Shown one piece after another: positions 45,376-53,609 of a DNA stretch of 64,000 nt (its first letter is position 1; each line of letters opens with the position of its first letter). Origin of the DNA: an uncultured Methanosarcinales archaeon. Lineage in GTDB: Archaea > Nanobdellota > Nanobdellia > Woesearchaeales > ARS49. A model generated the notes under the pieces. The model saw only the letters and a list, made by a program, of their open reading frames with translations, had not been told where the DNA came from and did not search any database. The translations under genes were made by a program, and so were the position numbers. Location: contig CAYHOF010000002.1 in the NCBI GenBank assembly GCA_964358315.1, positions 10,738 to 74,737 on the forward strand. The letters are read 5' to 3'.

Positions 45376-48300
45376 GTGACGAACAGACCATACTCGCCCA
45401 TGACCGACCCTGACCAGCTGGATGACGCGCCCGCCACCGAACAGACCGCAGAGGTGTTGCCCGCGCTCCCGATGGACGCCGCGGACATGATCCGCAAGTT
45501 CAAGGAATTCTTCGAACAATACTATTATGGCGAGCTGCTCGAGGCGTTGCGCAAGGGCGAGCGCCACATGGGCATCGACTTCCAGAAGCTCGTGCGCTTC
45601 GACCCGCAGCTTGGCGACCTCGTGCTCGACCAGCCCCAAGACGCGCTCAAGGCAGGCGAGCTTGCCGTGCGCGAGTTCGACGCGAAGGTCAAGCAGTTCA
45701 CCATTCGTCTGAGCAACCTACCTGGCAGCAGCTTCCTCATGTTGCGTCACGTGCGCAGCAGGCACTTGGGCAAGATCATGTTCACCGAAGGGATTGTGCG
45801 CCAGAAAAGCGACGTGCGACCGCAGGTCACGGAGGCGACGTTCGAGTGCCCGAGCTGCGGCAACCGCCTCAGCGTGCTGCAGCTCGACACCACGTTCAAG
45901 GAGCCCACGCGCTGCAGTTGCGGACGCAAGGGGAAGTTCAAGCTCACCGGCAAAGAGCTCGTGGACGCGCAAGGCATCGTGCTCGAGGAGGCCGCGGAAC
46001 AGCTCGAGGGCGGCGAGCAGCCAAAGCGCATGAACATCTTTCTCAAGAACGACCTCGTGAGCCCGATCACCGAAAAAAGAACGAACCCCGGCTCGAAGAT
46101 CCGCATCACCGGCGTCATCAAGGAAGTGCCGATCACGACCAAGTCCGGCGGGACGAGCACGCGTTTCGACCTGCTCATCGAGGCCAACCACGTGCTGCCG
46201 GTCGAGGAGGACTTCTCCGAGATCACGATCAGCAAGGAGGAGATGCAGAAGATCCTCGACCTCAAGAACGACCCACATATCGAGAAAAAGCTCATCGACA
46301 GCGTGGCGCCCAACATCTACGGCCACGAAAAGATCAAAGAAGCGCTCGTCCTCCAGCTCATGGGCGGCGTGCGCAAGACCCGTGACCAGGGCGCGGGCGC
46401 GACGACAAGAGGCGACATCCACATCCTGCTCATCGGCGACCCTGGTTCGGGCAAGTCGCAGATGCTCAAACGCATCAGCAAAGTGGCGTTGCGCGGCCGT
46501 TTCATCTCGGGCAAAGGCGTCTCGGGCGCGGGATTGACCGCGAGCGTCGTCAAGGACGAATTCCTCTCGGGCTGGAGCCTTGAGGCAGGCGCGCTCGTGC
46601 TCTCCAACAAAGGCATCTGTTGCATCGACGAACTCGACAAGATGACGGACGAAGACCGCGCGGCTATGCATGAGGCACTGGAAGGTCAAAGCTATCATCC
46701 TGACACTGAACTGCTGCTCGCGGATGGCAGTCGGACAACGATTGGAAGTTTTGTCGACGACGTGATGCGACAATGCACTGTCGTACAAGGGACCGATTGT
46801 GAATTCGCGTTCCCAAAAGACACCACGATCCTCACCACTGACTTCCAGCGCGTTGCACCTGCACGCATCGCACGCGTGAGCCGTCATCCGGCGCCCACGA
46901 CATTTTTCCGCATCACGTTCTCGAATGGACGCGCCATCACCGTCACGCCCGAACATCCTCTGTTCGTGTACACGCACGGAGAGGTCAGCGTGACGCCCGC
47001 ATGCATGGCCACGGTCGGCACCATGGTGCCGGCGCCCAGACGACTGCCCATCGAAGGACGGGCGGTCGCACTCACGCAACCCGCCAAACAGTATCATCAT
47101 GCCAAACCGCACGTGTTACCGACGCACCTGAACGCCGACCTTGCACGCTTGCTCGGCTACGTCGTCACTGAAGGTCATTGTTATGCGAACCCGACCAACC
47201 GCACGTACGAGATCGGCGTGAGCAATACTGACACGAGAATAATCAATGAGGTCGCCGCTCTGTTCAGGAACATTTTCGCGACCGACGTCATCGTCACAAC
47301 GCAAGCAGCGGACAAGCGAGAAAAAGCGACGCGCGATTTATACACCGTCAGGTGCTGCTCACGTCCTATCCATGATTTTTTCGCGCTGAATTTCCCGGAA
47401 CTCATGACGAAAGCGCCGCGTAAACGCGCTCCCTCCGGCATCATGCGGGCGACGGAGGATTGTGTCCGTGCGTTCTTGCAGGGAGCCTTCCGTGGAGATG
47501 GCACGGTCAGCAGTGATGACGTGGGGTTTGCGACAGCCTCACGAAAACTGGCGGAAGACTACCAGGACCTGATGCTGCGGCTGGGAACGCCATCCATCAT
47601 CCGCACCGAACACCGCAACGCCGCGACGTACCATAAGACCATCGTCACAGGCACGGTGGCCGAAAAAACGCACTGGGCCGATTCCATCGTCGTTGAGGAT
47701 GATCCGCGACATCATCGCATCCGCGCCCTTCTTCGACGTGCTGCGCAGAAGAACAACCAACGCGATCCGGTTCCTTCCGAGATCGCCGCGCTCACGCATA
47801 AGGCGCTTCTCGCGCTGAAAATGGCGGATGGCAATATCTCGAGCACGCTCGCCCGCGGCCACGCGCCCTCACGTCAGACCATCACGACCTACGTCGACAA
47901 GATAGATGGCCGACTCGATCTGATTGCAAGATCAGAAGGACGCACTGCCCGCAGACTCGCCAACGTGCAGGTCAGCTCGCTTGCGGAGGGAATGGGACGA
48001 TCGAGCGGTCACGTCTATAACGCCGAACTGGACCACCATCAGGAACACGCGACATACACCACCGTGCTCGACCGACAGGTCGCCCGGAAGATCGGCACTG
48101 TCCAAGAATTGATGGCTCCTGTCAAGCGTTTCCTCGATGCGGATCTCAGAGTGCACACCATCACGAATGTCGAGAGGATCGACAACCCGGGGATCGCGTT
48201 GGTCTATGACGTCACGGTAGAGCCGCACCACAGCTTCATCAGTCAAGGGATGGTCTTGCACAACACGGTGACGATCAGCAAGGCCAACATCCAGGCGACG

Positions 48301-49068
48301 TTGCGTTGCGAGACCACCGTGCTCGCTGCCGCGAACCCGAAGCTGGGGCGTTTCGACCCGTATGAGATCATCGCGAAACAGATCGACCTGCCGCCGACGC
48401 TCATCAACCGTTTCGACCTCATCTTCCCGATCAAGGACCTGCCTGACCCTGTCAAGGACAACAACATGGCGAGCTTCATCCTCGAGATGCACCGCACCGA
48501 GGCAGGCATGAACGCGACCATCGACACTCCGCTGTTCCGCAAGTTCGTCGCGTACGCGAAACTCCACATCAGGCCGCACCTGAGCGAGGAGGCGATCGCC
48601 GAACTCAAGGACTACTACATCCGCATGCGCGGCAGCAGCTCGAGGGAGAGCGGCGTCGTCAAGAGCATCCCGATCTCGGCGCGTCAGCTTGAAGGTCTCG
48701 TGCGTCTGAGCGAGGCGCACGCACGCATGCGCCTCTCCGAGATCGTCGAGCGCAAGGACGCGCGCAAGGCCATAGAACTCCTCGATTACTGCCTGCGCCA
48801 GATCGCGCTCGACGAGGAGACCGGACAGATCGACATCGACCGCATCGGTTCGGACACGTCGTCGAGCCAACGCAACAAGATCCTCCAGGTCAAGGAGATC
48901 ATCAAGACGCTCGAGAACAAGGTCGGCAAGGTCATCCCGATCGACGACGTCGAGCAGGAAGCCGCCCAGAAGGGAGTCACGGACGCGGAGCTCGACGAGA
49001 TCATCCAGAAGCTCAAGAAGAGCGGCGACGTCTTCGAGCCAAAGAGCGGCTACATCTCACGGATCTGA
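45376..49068 (+). CDS. mcm: MCM replicative helicase interrupted by an in-frame intein. The extein is about 705 aa.
   Basis: The N-terminal OB/Zn domain has CPSCGN...CSCG. Walker A is GDPGSGKSQ. Walker B is CIDELDKM followed by the intein, and the TVTISKANIQATL motif resumes after it. The start is GTG 45376 or ATG 45400. Confidence 0.9.
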   Translation: MTNRPYSPMTDPDQLDDAPATEQTAEVLPALPMDAADMIRKFKEFFEQYYYGELLEALRKGERHMGIDFQKLVRFDPQLGDLVLDQPQDALKAGELAVREFDAKVKQFTIRLSNLPGSSFLMLRHVRSRHLGKIMFTEGIVRQKSDVRPQVTEATFECPSCGNRLSVLQLDTTFKEPTRCSCGRKGKFKLTGKELVDAQGIVLEEAAEQLEGGEQPKRMNIFLKNDLVSPITEKRTNPGSKIRITGVIKEVPITTKSGGTSTRFDLLIEANHVLPVEEDFSEITISKEEMQKILDLKNDPHIEKKLIDSVAPNIYGHEKIKEALVLQLMGGVRKTRDQGAGATTRGDIHILLIGDPGSGKSQMLKRISKVALRGRFISGKGVSGAGLTASVVKDEFLSGWSLEAGALVLSNKGICCIDELDKMTDEDRAAMHEALEGQSYHPDTELLLADGSRTTIGSFVDDVMRQCTVVQGTDCEFAFPKDTTILTTDFQRVAPARIARVSRHPAPTTFFRITFSNGRAITVTPEHPLFVYTHGEVSVTPACMATVGTMVPAPRRLPIEGRAVALTQPAKQYHHAKPHVLPTHLNADLARLLGYVVTEGHCYANPTNRTYEIGVSNTDTRIINEVAALFRNIFATDVIVTTQAADKREKATRDLYTVRCCSRPIHDFFALNFPELMTKAPRKRAPSGIMRATEDCVRAFLQGAFRGDGTVSSDDVGFATASRKLAEDYQDLMLRLGTPSIIRTEHRNAATYHKTIVTGTVAEKTHWADSIVVEDDPRHHRIRALLRRAAQKNNQRDPVPSEIAALTHKALLALKMADGNISSTLARGHAPSRQTITTYVDKIDGRLDLIARSEGRTARRLANVQVSSLAEGMGRSSGHVYNAELDHHQEHATYTTVLDRQVARKIGTVQELMAPVKRFLDADLRVHTITNVERIDNPGIALVYDVTVEPHHSFISQGMVLHNTVTISKANIQATLRCETTVLAAANPKLGRFDPYEIIAKQIDLPPTLINRFDLIFPIKDLPDPVKDNNMASFILEMHRTEAGMNATIDTPLFRKFVAYAKLHIRPHLSEEAIAELKDYYIRMRGSSSRESGVVKSIPISARQLEGLVRLSEAHARMRLSEIVERKDARKAIELLDYCLRQIALDEETGQIDIDRIGSDTSSSQRNKILQVKEIIKTLENKVGKVIPIDDVEQEAAQKGVTDAELDEIIQKLKKSGDVFEPKSGYISRI
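46690..48264 (+). mobile_element. Intein (525 aa) with a LAGLIDADG homing-endonuclease domain, inserted in the MCM Walker B/sensor-1 region.
   Basis: It begins with Ser after ...HEALEGQ and ends in HN, followed by Thr at +1. Block A is SYHPDTELLLADG, and the LAGLIDADG-like motifs are LLGYVVTEG and FLQGAFRGDG. The flanking extein matches the MCM consensus. Confidence 0.8.
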
Positions 49069-49109
49069 GCGAAGCATTTTAATCAGCGTCCACGACCCTT
49101 CAGCGCAGC

Positions 49110-49409
49110 ATGGTGCTGAAGGTTCTCAACGAGTTAGGAAACAAGACCGTTCGTCTTGCGGGCATCCTGCACGGCATCGAGCCCGGTCGCAAAGGGCGCT
49201 GCACGCCGGACCTGTGCGCCACACTCGATGGGCGTCAAGGGGCGGCGTGCTGCAAGATCGGCTATGCGTGTCCGTGCGTCAAGAGCGACCATGCGTGCGG
49301 CGTGTACAGCGTGCGCCCGCCGAACTGCCGGGTGTTTCCGCGCACGCGCGGCGATCTGAAGCACGTCAAGAATTGCGGTTATTGTTGGGATGAGCCCGCA
49401 CAGCGATGA
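49110..49409 (+). CDS. YkgJ/UPF0153-type Cys-rich putative Fe-S or Zn-binding protein.
   Basis: It has the CxxC...CC...C.C cluster (GRCTPDLCATLDGRQGAACCKIGYACPC). Confidence 0.5.
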   Translation: MVLKVLNELGNKTVRLAGILHGIEPGRKGRCTPDLCATLDGRQGAACCKIGYACPCVKSDHACGVYSVRPPNCRVFPRTRGDLKHVKNCGYCWDEPAQR

Positions 49410-49412
49410 TGC

Positions 49413-50804
49413 CTACGCGCACGCGCCTGCCAAGTAGGACGACACGCTGAGTGTCGAGCACGCGAAGCATGCGTTCTTGTACGTGAATTGGTTGTCGGCG
49501 CACACGGGATCGTTGTTGTCGGCGCAGCTGGACGGGCGGGGTTCTGCGCACAAGGTCGGTTGTGGTCCGCTTGGTTGCGGAGGCGCTTGCGCCGCTGCCG
49601 CGTCAAGGTATGCTTCGTCGACGGCGCGTTGCTGCTCGAGCTGGCGCAGGTTGCGCAACGAATTGCACGAGCCGCGCAAGTACCTGTTGCCGATCCTCTC
49701 GCACACGTCGAACTCGTTCTTGCTGAGCGCGAAATCGATGAGGCATTGATCGCGCGTGATGTCCTCGACGATCTGCGCGCACAGGTCGCTCTTGCCTGCG
49801 CTTGAGGCGACGACAGAGAAGCAGCCGTCGCGGTCGGTGGCTTTGGGCAACGAACCGCACAATGCGACCGCACGGTCCGCATCGTCCGGTGCGACCGTAC
49901 GCGCCTCCTCCACGACCTGGTCGGCATTCGGGCCTGAAGGACCCGCGCCGCAGTCCTGCGGGCAGGTCACGGACGTCTCGCCGGCGTTGCAGATGCCGTT
50001 CCCGCAGATGGCAGGCTTGTCGGTGTGCACACACTGGTTCTCGATGCAGGCGTCGTCCGTGTTGAAATCATAATCATTGCAGCCGCCCGGACATTCCGCG
50101 ATCGGCGGCGCGGTGGTGATGGGACCTGTGGGCTGCGTCGGCGGGACGCCCGGCGACACGACTTCAGGGCATGACGCGCACTGGCCCCCGCAATCCACGC
50201 CGGTCTCGGCCTGGTTCTGGATGCCATCCGAACATGACGCCTTGGCCGCGAGGACGCTGATCGAGAACGTGGTCGTGGCTTCCTTGCCTTTGGCGTCGAC
50301 CGCACTGACCTCCATGACATACGTGCCTGGCGGGAGTTTCTGGGGGATGTCAAGAGGCACGCTGCGTTCTTGCTTGCCTTTGCCTGGCAGGAGTTGCTGC
50401 ACAGGGAACGCGACAGGGTTGCCGGTCTGGTCTTTGAGCGTGTGCGTCACGGTGACCGTCCCGCTTGACGTCACCACGTCGTTGATCGTAACAGAATCGC
50501 CTGCACGGACCTCGACTTGTGCGGGCGCCGCGCGCAGTGTCAGTTGGGCGGTGGGTGCGGCGAAGAAGAAAGCGACAAGGATGCCGCCGATGCTCAGACC
50601 AAGCACTGCGCCCGCGATCCACAACCACGGAGGCGGACCTGCCGTTGACGCGGAGAGGACCGTCTGCTGGTGCAGTTGGCGGAATGCATCCTCGATGTCA
50701 TACGCGGTGTAGCCGCCGCGCAGAAGATATGCGCGGACCTGGTCTTCACGGTAGCCGTTGCGGAGCAGAGACTGTATATACGCGAGCAACTGCGGCGACG
50801 CCAT
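49413..50804 (-). CDS. Type II membrane protein with an Ig-like domain, several cysteine-rich modules and a C-terminal Kazal-type inhibitor domain.
   Basis: The start is taken at ATG 50804, with the TATA TTTATAAA 26 nt upstream. It has a TM helix (WLWIAGAVLGLSIGGILVAFFF). The Cys-rich repeats are CGGQCASCP and CGNGICNAGETSVTCPQDCG. The C-terminus (CAEPRPSSCADNNDPVCADNQFTYKNACFAC...GAC) fits the Kazal pattern. Confidence 0.6.
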   Translation of the reverse strand: MASPQLLAYIQSLLRNGYREDQVRAYLLRGGYTAYDIEDAFRQLHQQTVLSASTAGPPPWLWIAGAVLGLSIGGILVAFFFAAPTAQLTLRAAPAQVEVRAGDSVTINDVVTSSGTVTVTHTLKDQTGNPVAFPVQQLLPGKGKQERSVPLDIPQKLPPGTYVMEVSAVDAKGKEATTTFSISVLAAKASCSDGIQNQAETGVDCGGQCASCPEVVSPGVPPTQPTGPITTAPPIAECPGGCNDYDFNTDDACIENQCVHTDKPAICGNGICNAGETSVTCPQDCGAGPSGPNADQVVEEARTVAPDDADRAVALCGSLPKATDRDGCFSVVASSAGKSDLCAQIVEDITRDQCLIDFALSKNEFDVCERIGNRYLRGSCNSLRNLRQLEQQRAVDEAYLDAAAAQAPPQPSGPQPTLCAEPRPSSCADNNDPVCADNQFTYKNACFACSTLSVSSYLAGACA

Positions 50805-50826
50805 CGTCCTACCATCGGTCCGGGGA

Positions 50827-50834
50827 TTTATAAA
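50827..50834. promoter_or_regulatory. Palindromic TATA (TTTATAAA) between the divergent genes at 50804 (minus) and 50889 (plus).
   Basis: Spacing read directly from the sequence. Confidence 0.45.
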
Positions 50835-50888
50835 CTTGTCCACCCTTGTGGCTAAAAGCATAAATAGGAACCCGGGCGCATCCGTGGC

Positions 50889-51458
50889 ATGGTGGAAGGG
50901 GGACGTCTTGTAGCGCAAAAGGCGCGCGTAGCGGACATCGTTGCGGGCAATGTCCAGACCGCGGAAGGCGCCGCGCGCGTGAACATCATGGGATGTGTGG
51001 TCGCCGTGAACCCTGAAGAGCCGCCGTCGTTCATGATGGATGACACGAGCGCGCTCGTGCTCGTGCGCCAGTTCGACAAGCGCGCCGCGCCGCAAATAGG
51101 TTCTGTCGTGTGCGTTATCGGAAGGGTCCGCGACCATCAAGGCGAGCGCTACATCGCGAGCGAGATCGTCAGGCCGCTTGACACAGCATGGTTGGCGGTG
51201 CGGTCATTGGAGCTCGCGCGGGCATCGTCGTTCGTCACGCCGTCGCTTGTCTCTGCGGAGGAACGCGTCGAGGATGACGCGGAGGATGCCGACGCATCGA
51301 TGCTCGCCGTCATACGTGACCTGGATGAAGGCACAGGCGCTTCGCTTGATGATATCGTCTCGCACACGGGTCCGGACGCGGAGAAGACCGTCCAATTCCT
51401 GCTCAGGCGCGGCGACGTGTTCGAAGTCAGCCCTGGCAGGATCAAGATTCTCGAGTGA
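50889..51458 (+). CDS. OB-fold plus winged-helix protein, RPA32/Stn1-like. It is a putative ssDNA-binding or RPA-associated protein.
   Basis: It has the OB-like core VNIMGCVVAV...VVCVIGRVRDHQGERYIASEIV, an acidic linker and a C-terminal wH (ASLDDIVSHTG...VQFLLRRGDVFEV). Confidence 0.45.
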   Translation: MVEGGRLVAQKARVADIVAGNVQTAEGAARVNIMGCVVAVNPEEPPSFMMDDTSALVLVRQFDKRAAPQIGSVVCVIGRVRDHQGERYIASEIVRPLDTAWLAVRSLELARASSFVTPSLVSAEERVEDDAEDADASMLAVIRDLDEGTGASLDDIVSHTGPDAEKTVQFLLRRGDVFEVSPGRIKILE

Positions 51459-52292
51459 TCAGAAGAATATTGGCGTGATGAACGTCTCGATGAAGGCGGC
51501 GACGACCAGGATGACGGCTGCGATGATGATGAGGTCCGATGCGTCGAGCAGCACGCGGTCCATCTGTCGACGTTGCCAGTGGTGCTTGACGAGCGCGACG
51601 GAGAGCACGCCGCCTGCCAGGCCGCCGACGAAGTACGCGGTGATCTCAGGGATGCCGTGGATGAAGTACCGCACCATGCTCATGCCTGACGCGGTCGCAT
51701 ACGCAACGAGCATGTTGGTGGAACCCGCCGTCGTCACCCCTTGCTGCACGAAGTTGCCCAGCGCGACGCCGATGACGGACGCGTTCCACGCGAGGATGAA
51801 GATGGCGCCTGCGCCGTACAGGAACGAGAACAGGACGCAGAACATGAGGACTTTGAGGTTGTTGAGGAGGATGACGAGGAACATGCTGCCGTTCACTGCG
51901 TGGCCGGTGAGCCCTTGGCGGAGCGCCGCGATGGTCTGCGCTTGGACGCCGAAGACCTGCGGGCCTGATGGCAGCGTGATGTACCAGAACGCGTAGGCCG
52001 CACTGAGCCCCATGAAGAGCGCGACGAACGAGAGGATGACCTTCCCGTGCTGTTTGAGCACGGTGCGCTCGTCCGCCACCATGAGGTCGGCGAGTTCCTC
52101 GGATTCCATGAACTGCGCGAAGAGCGGGATGAGCGCGAACACCGTCAGGAAGACCATGACGAGGCTCGCGTAGTCGCGGAAGACCCACACGCTCAGAAGA
52201 AGCCCCACGCTCGCGGCGCAGAAACCGAGCACGGCCATGAGCCACGGACGGCTGACTGCGCTGCGGGTGGAGAGCAGGGACTCAAGGACCAT
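51459..52292 (-). CDS. SpoIIM/DUF95 family membrane protein (a second paralog).
   Basis: The start is taken at the internal ATG 52292 (MVLESLL). It has a multi-TM topology similar to 24078..24893. Confidence 0.55.
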   Translation of the reverse strand: MVLESLLSTRSAVSRPWLMAVLGFCAASVGLLLSVWVFRDYASLVMVFLTVFALIPLFAQFMESEELADLMVADERTVLKQHGKVILSFVALFMGLSAAYAFWYITLPSGPQVFGVQAQTIAALRQGLTGHAVNGSMFLVILLNNLKVLMFCVLFSFLYGAGAIFILAWNASVIGVALGNFVQQGVTTAGSTNMLVAYATASGMSMVRYFIHGIPEITAYFVGGLAGGVLSVALVKHHWQRRQMDRVLLDASDLIIIAAVILVVAAFIETFITPIFF

Positions 52293-52390
52293 GCACAAAC
52301 CATGCCGGACGCGCCTTATATACCTTGTGCTGCCACCCGACGATAGCGGAGATGAAACATTTATATACCGACACGATGGACGGCACGTCA

Positions 52391-52798
52391 ATGGACTACG
52401 ACGCGATGTTGCAACGGGCGCACCAGAACATGCCAAAGGCGGTGCTTGAGAAGGAACGCTTCGAGATACCGAAGGTGCGTGGCCGTATCGAAGGACACAA
52501 GACCGTCATCAGCAACTTTCCCGAGATAGCAAGCACGTTGCGACGCCCTATCGAACACATCCTGAAATTCATCCTCAAAGAGCTCGCGACGCCAGGCGAG
52601 ATGCGGCGTGCGAACCTCGTGTTCGGCTCCAAGATCCCGGCAGCGCGCATCAACCAGAAGATCCGCGAGTACTGCGAGGAGTTCGTCTTCTGCCAGTCCT
52701 GCGGCAAGCCAGACACGGACCTCAAACTGGAAGGCGTCATCACCGTCATGGTGTGCTCGGTGTGCGGCGCTCGCCAAGTGGTCAAGAGCAGGATATGA
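52391..52798 (+). CDS. Translation initiation factor aIF2 beta subunit.
   Basis: It has the aIF2-beta core and the C-terminal zinc ribbon CQSCGKPDT...CSVCGA. The start at ATG 52391 (MDYDAML) was chosen by its spacing to the TATA at about 52359, though earlier in-frame ATGs are possible. Confidence 0.75.
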   Translation: MDYDAMLQRAHQNMPKAVLEKERFEIPKVRGRIEGHKTVISNFPEIASTLRRPIEHILKFILKELATPGEMRRANLVFGSKIPAARINQKIREYCEEFVFCQSCGKPDTDLKLEGVITVMVCSVCGARQVVKSRI

Positions 52799-53091
52799 TT
52801 ATCAAGACACACACCCATAGCGACGGCAGGATTCTCGTGAGCGTGGTCGACAGCGACATCATCGGCAAGAAGTTCGAGGAAGGCCAAGCACAGCTGGACT
52901 TGACCGTCGATTTCTACAAGGGCAAGAAGTGCACGGCTGATGAAGCAGGCGACCTGGTGCGCAATGCAGACATGGTCAACCTGGTGGGTGAACACGCTGT
53001 CGCGCTCGGCGTCCAGGAACAGGTCATCGACCCACAGAACGTCAAGCGCATCAAAGGAATACCGTTCGCGTCAGGCGTCAACGCCCACTAG
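52795..53091 (+). CDS. DUF424 family protein, an archaeal protein often found near aIF2-beta.
   Basis: It has the pattern GRILVSVVDSDIIGKKFEEG...LDLTVDFYKG...NLVGEHAV. Confidence 0.6.
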   Translation: MIIKTHTHSDGRILVSVVDSDIIGKKFEEGQAQLDLTVDFYKGKKCTADEAGDLVRNADMVNLVGEHAVALGVQEQVIDPQNVKRIKGIPFASGVNAH

Positions 53092-53609
53092 TGAGCGTAC
53101 GGGCCTTGCGGGTTTCTGGTCGGCACAATAATGCATGATCGCTATGCGGTGGTCTTTTGGCATGATGATGCGATCTTGCTTGTTGTAGACGCGCAGCAAC
53201 GACGCGATCTGGGAGGGATCGTGCCATTCAGGCGCGCGATGGTCGCGGATCGGGAACTGTGCACCCTCGACTGGCATCGATGCGATGGAGAGCGCGACGT
53301 AACGCTTGGACGCGGCCAGGTCGATGAAGTGCGCCATCTCGAGCCCGGCAGGATGCACCGTGGTGTGTGGGCCCAGCAACCGCTCAAGCCACGCGTCAAG
53401 AGTGACGTCTTTGTCGGTCCGGATCGTCGGCAGTTCGAGGATGCCGCCCGAGCGTATCCTGTTCATGCGATACCGTGCCTCCGGTGTCGTGCAGACGAAG
53501 GGATCGTGATGATGCCATTCATAGCGCCGCACGAGCAAGACCTCGTGGTGCGGCACGCCCTCCCGCAGGCCGGTGTAGTTCGTGATGACGACGGGGATGC
53601 CGCTCACCC
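53071..53609 (-). CDS. Hypothetical protein (about 179 aa), apparently translationally coupled to the PolD large subunit.
   Basis: The GTG start overlaps the TGA stop of the upstream PolD gene in a GGTGAG arrangement. It has good GC3 usage and no recognised family. Only the part of ORF 53071..53808 downstream of the PolD stop was kept. Confidence 0.35.

Noticed and set aside
45376-49068. The 1230-aa MCM ORF, considered as a gene fusion or misassembly because of its length.
   Set aside because: The excess length is fully explained by an in-frame intein with canonical splice junctions. The extein parts align to a normal MCM of about 700 aa.
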